64,000 bases of DNA. It comes from Geosiphon pyriformis uo1. Its lineage: Eukaryota > Fungi > Glomeromycota. The position numbers and the translations under genes were made by a program. Under the pieces are notes generated by a model. That model ran no database searches. It was given only the letters and a program-made list of their open reading frames with translations, and was not told where the DNA came from. The DNA lies in the NCBI GenBank assembly GCA_016748015.1, contig JAAOMT010000518.1:62001-126000 (forward strand), read 5' to 3'. Of this stretch, positions 15,159-25,384 are shown in pieces. The stretch's first letter is position 1; every line of letters starts with the position of its first letter.

Positions 15159-18100
15159 TTAAACCCTTATATAAATGGAGAATGGGTTTCTAATACCTGA
15201 AAAAAATAAACAAGAATAACAAAAACCAAAACCAATACTAAATGTCTCAGCAATACCTAGTAATTTGACTACATTAGTAGAAAGCATTGAAAACAGCCCA
15301 GAAACTGAAACCAAAGCCAAACCATCAATTGGTATTAGTCTATTTTTTTCTATAAAAGCACAATGTTTAGTATAAACCAACCAAACTTTATCTTTAAAAG
15401 CAAGACAAAATTTATGTACAAAGTTCACAATCTTCTGAACTGCAATTTCAGAATTTCCAAAGACATAAGTAGTCTCTTGGATCCAAGTTTTGAATACAAA
15501 TTCCTTGCAAAAAGCCATAAATACTGCCACATTTGTCACACAAGAAAATAATAATTAAGACACAGAGAAAAAAAAGAGAAAAAGACCAGAAAGTACACCT
15601 CAAACAGCCACATGGGCATCCAATAATCAATAGCATACAGAATTATCAACTACACAAAAAAAAGCATGGTTCAGAACCTCAATATCACCATAATACAAAC
15701 ACAATACACTGGAATAACATCTGTTATATAAGTGCTTTTAAACAGCAATAGGCAACTAATAATACAAAGTTTTTATAAAATATGTATAGACACTAGCAAT
15801 AGACATATTAGTAAAGCCAGCAGCCATGTACAAGTTGGAGTGCCACACCAAAAATAAACCATGCCAATCAATGTCTAAAAGCAAATTAACACTCAAAACT
15901 TTAGAACCTAAACCAACTTCCCAGCATGCACAATAAACTGCTCAAAAAACTCTATAAACAAAATGTTTAGAACTGCCAAAAATAATACTATTTTCAGCTA
16001 TAATAAAACATTTGTCTACCTGAGAAGGATAGTACCAATAAAAAAAAGAAACAGTGTTAGCCAATGTATTAGCACATTTATTATCTAACACTCTCAAATG
16101 ACTTTTTATCTTATGTTAGCTAACATTCAAATTTTTTTTCTTAATGACATTCACAATATGCTGATGCTTAACCCAACACTGATTTTAAAAATCTGGACAC
16201 ACCAGATTTAATTCCAACTTACATGTATCTAAGGCAGTCTAATTGTCTGTAAACAGGCAAACTGAGCTTAGAAAGGGAACACATTCAAGAGCCAAAGCAA
16301 TTGTCTATATCTCTGCCAAAGTTAATAACATTAGATCAAATACTCTGACTCTTAAACCCAAGCCAATATCTTCAAAAAAAACTGTTGTATCTGCTCTTAT
16401 GTTAGTGCTTTTCAAGTTCTTTAGAGATCTATCTGTATAGACAGAAAGGCTGTCAGCTGTGACATTTAACAAATAATTTTGAACAAGCCCAAACTCATGA
16501 GATTCTAAAACATTCAATGATTCAAAAACATTTGAAAAAAAATAGACAGAAGAAGAAGCTACTCCATTCAGGAAATCAACAGAAAGCATAAACCAGATAG
16601 GAACTGGGCCATGCAGGTCTAACCTTTTTTAATGTTTAAAAGTTTTCTAATTAAAAACAGCACCTTTATAATTGCAAAGCTGCTTCACAAAAGCAATGTT
16701 ATATTGCCAAAATGAAGGAGAAAATCCAAAGAAATTAAACTTGTTAAGCACTTTAGATATGGAAGTATCACTCCAGAAATAGAAATCATTGCTCATTAGA
16801 CCACCCAGGAACAAATTGTGCTTATAAAAAATGCAAACCACACTAGCCAAGAAGTTATTAGATAGATTGATCCTGATGCAAACTAGAGAACACAAAGGAT
16901 ACACCAGATGCCAATTCAGAGCTTGCAAGTCATGGGACTTGTATGAAAACAAATAACCCAATATCTCTTCAAAGTTGCAAAACACATAACAGAAGCCAAC
17001 TTGCCCTTGGTCTGAACTTGCTCAAAAGTTTTAAGACCATATAAAGAAAGATAATAGAATATGTCACTAGAAAAATTAAGAGACAAACCAGCTTTTAACT
17101 TAAGGCCTTTGCAAATTAAAGCATCTTACTTATTGCATATATTAACTAACATGAAGCTAAATTAAGTCTAATACTCAACAATAGGATAGAGAACTGTTAA
17201 CACCAAATAAAAAAACTGCTTATTTGAAATGGCCTTCTTTAGAACAAAATTGGAAAAGAACTGGACATTTGAATATGCTTTGGTTAAGCTAGGCTTGAAC
17301 AATCCCTTAGTAGATAAAAAAATACCCAGGTAATGATAGAACTTTCCCTTTTTGGTAATAAAAATAGACAAACTACTGATTGACAGAAAAGGACTTGTAA
17401 CTTTGTAATTAATAGGAACAGCTACAGTTTTGTCATTATTAATTGAAATGTCATTAATTTGAAAAAATTCACTAGCAATATTAAGAATATACTGCATAAT
17501 ACTTTGACTGCTGCCAACTCAGATAGTATTGTCAATGAAAGCACCAGCAGTAAAAAAAAAAGACAACTCAGCTTGAGACTTAGCATGACCAGTCTTGGAA
17601 ATAAAATAAAAATTCAACCTATATCCATACACACTTTCCTGTCTTTTAACTTTACACAAAAGAGGATCATAGAATATGTGCCACAAAAGAGGTGAAAAAA
17701 TCTTTCTTTGATCCAAGTTATCATGCATCTGATATTCATTTGTCAGACCAAAATTAGTCATAACTCTGTTGACACAATCATCATAAATACTACTAAAAAA
17801 TTGAATGAACTTGCTACACATTTTTATTCTAACCAGGCTCTTTCTCAAATGCTTCCCTTCAACAAAATCATATGCCTTCCATATATTTTGCAGAACCAAC
17901 CAAAGTTCATGATTTTTTTTCAAAACATCCTCAATTATTGATCCAACAGCAAAAATAAGAGACTGCATTGTCATACTCTTCAGAACTAAAAAGTTATCTT
18001 CATAAAAAGCATCAAATGTACTACATACCAATAAAATCCTATTAGAAAGAATCTTGAAAAGAATCTTGCAAGCTGTTTCAATTAAAGCTATAGGTTAAGT

Positions 18101-19843
18101 ATTCATAAGAACATTTTTCTATTTATATGGTTTGGGAATTATTAAGACCCAAGCCTCTTTCTAAGAATCAGACATCCTTTCACTAGACAAACAGGAGTTT
18201 AAAAGCACCAAAAGCATATCCAAAACTAATTTGTTGCAATGTTTTCAAAGTTCATTTGAGATGTCCAAAAAACCAGCAGCCTTGCCATCAATTAGATTGA
18301 AAATCATGTCAAAAAATTCATCAAATTCAACTGAACACATTATGCCAGAAAAAGCCTTATCAAAAACATATTCCAAAGATTGATACTGACAGTACCACTC
18401 ATCAAAGATATTAGAAACTGCTTTATGCTTCTGAGTTTATTCCTTCATAATCACATCTACCTTAATTTTAACCATGTCAGGCTCCAGAATAATCTTATCA
18501 TCAACAACTAAATAGTCTAACACTATTTTGTAGAAAGGATGCTCCAGCACACTTCTAATAGTATGATCTTTGTTTACCTCAAAACTTTCTATCCTCTTAT
18601 CAATAGCAGATCTAATATTAGATTCTTCTACTCTTAAAGATTTAGCAAGCTTAAAGACATAATAAGACTTTTTTACACTAAAGAAAACAAAATGTATATG
18701 ATCTAATTTCACATCAGAATTCACAAGATCCTAAATAACCAAAGTCTTGACATTGTTCAAAAAATTTCAGCATTTCATAAAGAAAGCAAACCTGTCAGTA
18801 CTTTTCTTATGAGAAGCTTTGACAATTTTCAAAACCAAAAGTTTTAGCTTATGAAACTTAAATGATTCCTTGGTAAAAACACCATCAAAGCCCTTGAATC
18901 ATCTCTTTTTGAACATTTTATTTGCTAAAAGAGTCATTATCTTGTAAATAACATCCCACATTGCATCCAAATCTGAAAACTCCTCAGAAGTAATAAACAC
19001 ATCAGAAAACATCACAGCATTAGCCACAGTGGCATCCTTAAATTTATTCTATTTTGTATCATCAGCATCCTTAAAATCAAACTTTCAATAATCTTTATTA
19101 ACTTGCTTGCAAAGAGAATTGAAACGTGCATCCAACAACTCACCCAAACCCAAAAACACAAAAACGACTCAATAATTAGTGTTAAAGTGGTCACTGACCT
19201 CCAAAACATTATAACACACTACTGGATTAACCAAATTCAAAAAAACAAACACATAATCAATTGTTTTTTTAACACTTCTTGAATTTTTTTACATAGAATT
19301 TTCTACAACCAAACTTCCTAACAAAGAATTAACCAAATCCAAATCAAGGCATTTTTTGAAACTGGCACACTTATAAGAACCATCTTTATTGAAATTGCTG
19401 TCCAAAACAATAAAAGAAGATTCATTTACAGTTTTTGCAATTAGAAAGTTGATTTCACAAGCTTAAAAAAAATAAACTACTAAAGAGGCACCAGCATATA
19501 GACCCAAAATTGAAACAAAAAGCTTATTTTTAAAAAGCAACTTAACAAAAAGAAGCCAGCCAGGCATCTCAGAAATTTTACACATATGACAAGCCAGAAA
19601 AATGTCTATAATAATAGTAACACCAGAACCCAAGTAACTAGAGTCCAAACCAGAAGTAAAAACACAAACACCATCAAATTTATTAGCAATCTATGGACAG
19701 ATTTTATTTTTTAACTTAGTTTTAGTAATAATTAAAATTAAATTGTCCATATTCTTATGTCAATGAACAATATTTACCTGCTTTACAGGATTGTTTATAC
19801 CCCGAACATTGCATGTAGCAATTTTTCAAACCAAACTATTCAT
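15159..19843 (-). pseudogene. LINE ORF2: AP endonuclease, reverse transcriptase, RNase H
   Basis: APE: IATCNVRGINNP, GSGVTIII, GLYAGAS, KTIDYVF, SDH. RT: IALIETACKIL, QNIWKAYD, LDQRKIFSPLLW, AFIDNT (=FVDD), INNDKT, YLGIFL. RNase H: VYTDRSL, LAEI. Many stops. Confidence 0.9.
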
Positions 19844-21776
19844 TGAAATAAAAAGAGAACTAATGAACTCAAACCAGAACACAAATAATCCAACTTTGTC
19901 AAAACTAAATTAATTGATACTTCTAAAGCTATTATTTTTAACTTTAAACCACCCACCTTAGTAGTTAGAATCTTGGAACTACAAGAGCTAAAATCAACAA
20001 TCACATTAAAACCAACAAAAAAAAGAGGGGTAGATAACACTAACACACTATCTAAAGCCATATTTGAATCCAAATTAGGAGCCAAAGAAACAGAAGCAAC
20101 TGGAGGGAGAGCATAAGAAGATGTAGTCAAAAACACCAATTTAACAAAGCTCAATTTCTTTACAAAAACAGAAACTTGATTAGCCAAAAGCTCTATAGAA
20201 TGTTCTAAGACTGCCATATGCTCACTTAAGCCAAAAACAAAAGGAGAAGCAGAAACCAAAGAAGAGGACACCATACCCAAAGGTGAACTAACACCAGACA
20301 AAAATAATAAAACCATTTAAGATAGAAAGCCACCAGCAATTTGAGTCCAAGTTTTACCACCAAATGAGACAAAACACACAATAAGAGCCTGCTTTTTCTT
20401 ATATATGTTGGCCAAACAAGCCTAATTCTAAAAAATTATCATATGTCTACCACAACCACCAGAATTTCTATTCTTCAAACAATTAACAGAAACATGGCCA
20501 AACTGTTTACATTGGGCACAACAGGCTAAAAAAAACCCAGTCCAATGCAAATTTACATTCTTAAAAACTAGAATAAAACCAATAGCAGTCAATCTGGATG
20601 TCTTACTATCAAAACACACTATAACATATCTATTATGCACATATGAATTTGGATTACAACCAATAATACAAGTTTTCTCACCATAAGAAACCAACAAATC
20701 AGTTAGGTCATGAGCAGTAATGCCAACTGAAAATGTGTACAACAAGGCCTGATGCTGATCTCTAAATATCCATGTTTGTTTGTTACTAATAGCTTTTGTC
20801 ATGCAAACAGAATCTTTTCTCATAAAAACAGACCATTTAGCTATGACCAAATCAGCTATGTCAAATAATTCATATTTTATCAAAGCCTTTTGTCATAAAC
20901 CAATCAATTGTAATCTAATTGAAACAACCTTGCCAAATTTGAAAAAGACTAATTCCACAGCTGATTTGGAAAGATCTACTGGAATCTTCTTAATGATTAT
21001 TTTCTGATTTAAATAACTATTTACCTTTTTAAGATTATTATTAACCATAATTTTCTCACAGATTGCCAACTCTCTTGTCTTATTCATACTAAATTCAAAA
21101 GTAAATAAAGCTCTGATAATTCCTGGGAATTTTGAGAGAGTTGACACTTCTCCAAAACCATCAATTTAATAAAAAATTTTTTTGATTGAAATCAACTTAT
21201 TACTAATATTTTTTCTAGACACAGCAGCTAAATCCATGTCTAATGTAAACAATTTAACTGGTTCGAAGCTTTGCCTTTTCATGACATGTGATTTGACAGA
21301 CAGCAGTTGATTGGAGCCATTAAACTTAGAAGAAAGAAGTCCTAGAAAATTACTATTGTTGCTCATATTACTGAACAAAGATGCTTTTGATAGATGGCTT
21401 AATACATAAGTCCATGTCTAAGTTTTTGTGGAGTAGTCTCATCCATATTTTTATTACTGACAAAATTGTCTGAATCTGTGTAACTTGTTTCTTCTACAAT
21501 CATGTTTTTCATATTCTTTAAATCAAAAAAACCATTAATATTACTCTCAATGCTGCCAACTTCACTTTTTGAAGACACCACAAGTTTGTTATCAGTGCTA
21601 TCAATATTTACTAAGCTTAACAGTCCAGCAGATAAGTCAACAATGCCATTAGCAACAGATTTTTTAGGCTTCTTATAAGATGCTTTACAGGAGTAAATAT
21701 TGTCTATACATTTCTTTTTAACACTTAATTGGGTCCTCAAACCAGTCAAACCAGAACCAGATATATCAGCAACCAT
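19840..21776 (-). pseudogene. LINE ORF1 (RRM-like region, CCHC knuckle, coiled-coil-like C-terminus)
   Basis: ORF fragments 21399-21776, 21166-21378, 20893-21147 (KIPVD..FKFGKVVSI), 20428-20883 (CAQCKQFGHVSVNC = CX2CX4HX4C) and 19840-20316. Confidence 0.85.
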
Positions 21777-22269
21777 GTTTGCTGGTTCTATTACAACAAA
21801 ATTAAGTGTGTTTGAAGAAATAATTGATAAAACAAAGGAAAAAAAAGAGGAAAAAAAAAGCTAAAACTTCAAAATTCTTTTATTTGCTCTTATTATGTTC
21901 AGAAGATCGGCAAAAAAAAGCTTTTTTTCATTTTATTATTAAAATTTTATAATAGTATTATTTTTAATAATAAATTTTATATTATAAATATATAAAAATT
22001 ACAAAATTTAGTTAATAAAAAAAATTAAATATAAACATAAAAATTAAATAAACTAATAATAATTATAAGAAATTAATTAATAATTTTATATTTTTTGTTT
22101 TTTTAATTTATTTATTTTTAATTATTTTTATATATAATTTTAATTTTTTATTATTATATTTTTAAAAAGCTTAATAATAATTATAAATGAATTTTTGTAA
22201 TAATAAAACATATTAAAGTTAATTTTTGTAATTTATTTGTATAATTTATAATTATTTTATTATTTTTAT

Positions 22270-22517
22270 TATTTAAATATTATTAATACTGTATTGTTTC
22301 AGTATAGTATTCTAATTTTCATATGTTTTTTGGTTATATTAGCAGACTTTTAGCAGCTCTTTACACATATTTAATAAAAGTGGTTCATAAAAAATTGTCA
22401 ACTACAGTCAAGAAAAAGTTTTATAATATAAAGTATTTAGGTATATTGTGTTTGTTTTGTAATAATATTAAACTATCTGATTATGTTTTCATCTATCTAA
22501 AAAATGCTTTAACATGC
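22270..22517 (+). mobile_element. LINE ORF2 C-terminal fragment, left part (target of the family-A gypsy)
   Basis: ORF 22323 (LYTYLIKVVHKKLSTTVKKKFYNIKYLGILCLFC..SDYVF) is homologous to the LINE C-terminus at 11856-12176. Confidence 0.75.
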
Positions 22518-23489
22518 TGTTACCAGTAGAATTTTAGCTATTAATTAGCATGAAATTACCCTTATAATTCTTATTATTAACTAGCATATATTATTATTAT
22601 TTTAATTATTACTTATTATTTAATCAAATTATCAAATATCATTACTCAATCAATAATCCGATTTGTACTCTAGAAATTAAGATAATCAAATTACACAATA
22701 CTCTGAACCATTTAACATAGTCAAAATTCGCTGAAATTAATAAAAATTTACCGAAATAATCAATAAGTTCAGTGAAATAATTTGTAGTTCACCAAAATAT
22801 ACCTTTAGTTTACCCAAATTGTAGCAAAGAGAAAAGTGCAAGTTCAAAGACTAGTACTACAACAAATTGTATAAAAAAAGAGCTCCTTTCTTCAAGAAAA
22901 TGTATCTTCTCATAGTATCTTATCATAGCATTCTACTTTAGATATCTTAATTAAAACAAATCACCTTTTACACATTCAAATAAAAATTAAATATTCAAAA
23001 ACCAAATCTTTAAATTATTACACTTGAAATTCTCTCAACACAACTAACATTTTGAAATTGATTAGCTACCAATTTCAATAAACTGTTAGTGACTCCAGAC
23101 CTGAATAGAAAACGTTTCCCTTAACACAATTCTATTTTTTTTACATTTCTTTTATTTTCTTTCACTTTTCTCATCATAATTATTAGAGTAGCTTACAGAC
23201 AAGATTCCTGTAGAAGAGTTGACTTTCACAGCAAAGTAACTATACATTTTTAGTAAGCTTCCAGATAAGCAATTCCTGGAAAAGAGTTGATGTTTACTAC
23301 AATATAACTACACAAAATAACTAGCACAGAATTGGCCATTCTATTTATAAGCCTAGCAGTTCAAATTATAGGAGATAATTTGAAGATAAATTCAGTTACT
23401 GGAGGTCTAACTACTTCTTGAGAACATAAATTCACAGCAAATTAACAGTAACAACATTCAAGAAAAGAGACCAAAAACCTTCAGTAACA
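22518..23489 (+). repeat. 5' LTR, family A (972 bp)
   Basis: TGTTACCAGTAG...CAGTAACA; colinear with 41596-42560. Confidence 0.95.
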
Positions 23490-23491
23490 TT

Positions 23492-23507
23492 TGGTGCTCT
23501 TCTACAG
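23492..23507 (+). promoter_or_regulatory. Primer-binding site TGGTGCTCTT running into the acceptor-like TCTTCTACAG
   Basis: TGG lies 2 nt after the LTR CA; same TGGTGCTC core as family B. Confidence 0.75.
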
Positions 23508-24466
23508 AAATAACACAGTAATAACAACTTCAAAGTGATGACCATACCAGACACAACAACTTTAGAGTATTATCAGTCAATTTACATCCACTGCAAACAA
23601 AGATTTAACATCCCAGACAGAATTGAAGTTGTCAAAAAATCAGTATACCAATACATTGAAAACTGCATCAACAATTATTTTTTTGGAAACTACAACATTT
23701 CAGAAGTTAGAAGCAATCTCTACAACAATTTAGTGCATTATTCACAATTGGAAACAGAAAACCTGAACAGTCAAACTCTTGCAACCTACTTTCAAGAACT
23801 TAATTTTAACATTATTGAGTATTGTAAAGAAAAATACCCAGTCCAGTCCAAATACTCTCTCGACTTTAAATCAGAAACAGAAACAAGCAATAAAGACAAA
23901 CAAAAACAATACTCAAGAACCACCTTAAATACTCCAATACTACCAAAGACAACTGTCAAATACTTGCAAACACTTGAACAAGGAACTAGTGTCAAATTAC
24001 CACTTTTTATTACACCATTTTCAATTTCACTTGTTCGACCACAAACACCAAATTTACTACTTAACCATTTTTTCAGATCTGAAGATTTTCAGTCACCTAA
24101 AAATCCTACTTAACAGCAGGAACCCATATCAACAAACACCAATATTATTGATTATTTACAAGAAAACAAAAATAATCATTCAGAAAACTTGGAAAGTGAA
24201 AAAACTGAATCAGAGCAAGAAAAAACCACAGAAAATGAAGAAGAAATGACAACTGCTTACATTGAAAAGATCCTTGAATTCACTAGTAAAGACAATGATA
24301 CCAGTCCACAAGAATAGCTTGACAAAATTCAGAAAGCAAAAGATGCAAATAGTTGGAATACAGCAAGAATGTTCAAAGCAATCCCATACTTTCTCCAAAG
24401 AACTACAGAAAAATGATTTGAAAATTTAGAAGAACCATTTGAAAACTGGCAAGCATTCAAAGATGT
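23508..24466 (+). pseudogene. gag: Family A polyprotein 5' part: N-terminal extension and start of Gag (interrupted by the nested element)
   Basis: ORF 23535-24113, then KAIPYFLQ..FENWQAFKD, which resumes as AFLQQFTNNN after 34644. Confidence 0.85.
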
Positions 24467-25352
24467 TATTACTTATAGAAATAAAGGAAATATATTAGTC
24501 TAAATTTTTAGCCAATCAGAAGTAGACATAGTAAATATGAAATTCCAGGATTCCTCTCAGGAATTGCAGGATTCCAGGAATTTCAGGATTCCCTGATGAG
24601 GAATTACAGGATTCCAGAATTCCAGGATTCCTCTTAAAGGAATTACAGGATTCCAGGAATTCCAGGATTCCTGTCATGAAGAATTGAGGAATTGAGAAAT
24701 CTCAATTATGTATATATAGCAGTAGCGTTAGAAACAGAAAAGACAGAATTGATATCACAGAATCCTTAGCTTAGAAACGCAATCATCAAATAAATAATTA
24801 TTTCATATCTCAATCCACTCTTCACTATCAACTCTTTATGTTGATAGTAATTGATACTTAATCACACTAGAACAATAGCTCTTGATCACGGCTATTGACG
24901 GGATACTAATCTGCAAATCACCTTGGCTTATTTTTTTTCTTTCTTTATTTTCTTTTATTTCTTTTTTTTTATTTTATTTTTGATTTGTTGTTGTATACTA
25001 ATTGATTCAAGATTAAGCACTGAGTTATTGACGTCAAGAATAGCCTGGTAAAAGACCCAGAAATAAGGGTAGGATTTTATATATTATCAGATAGCTTACC
25101 AGAAGGGCACAACTGCTAGGCTAAATCTGGCCACCATGCTGAGAAAGAAATTGGGAAAACTCTTGGAAAATACATCTACTATTGACACTATTGAATCTCT
25201 GTTCATTATACAAAAGACTCAACCAAAATCTTCAGATCCATAAAAACCTTCAGATACAACACTTACAGAACTGCATCAACGGAAGTAGCTTTTGAGCACC
25301 AAGTTACGGGTTTGTTATTTAATTCCACAGCAGAAATAATTCACCTGTAACA
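24467..25352 (+). repeat. 5' LTR, family B copy 1
   Basis: Colinear with 33759-34644; ends CTGTAACA. Confidence 0.95.
24511..24720 (+). promoter_or_regulatory. Putative U3 promoter: CCAAT box, GGAATTCCAGGATTCC repeat array, TATATA box
   Basis: AGCCAATCAG at 24511, ~40-bp-period array at 24538-24672 and GTATATATAGC near 24710. The same order occurs in all four family-B LTRs. Confidence 0.6.
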
Positions 25353-25384
25353 TTTGGTGCTCTTTGTGAGGTATAATCCTACAG

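Larger units (their letters stand above)
15027..21920 (-). mobile_element. Full-length (~6.9 kb) LINE with ORF1 and ORF2 (APE-RT-RNase H-CCHC), mutationally inactivated
   Basis: Domain order is intact. The 3' UTR is homologous to that of the 11442 copy and ends in an A-rich tail. The 5' end is approximate. Confidence 0.92.

Noticed and set aside
24590-24635. Hammerhead-like CTGATGA followed by a GGAAT/ATTCC stem
   Set aside because: No GAAA after the stem; the other LTRs read CCGATGA, CTGACAA and CCGACGA, so it arises from CpG decay.
24538-24672. CRISPR-like repeat/spacer appearance of the LTR array
   Set aside because: Spacers are only 5-8 nt, there are no cas genes, and the array is part of each family B LTR.
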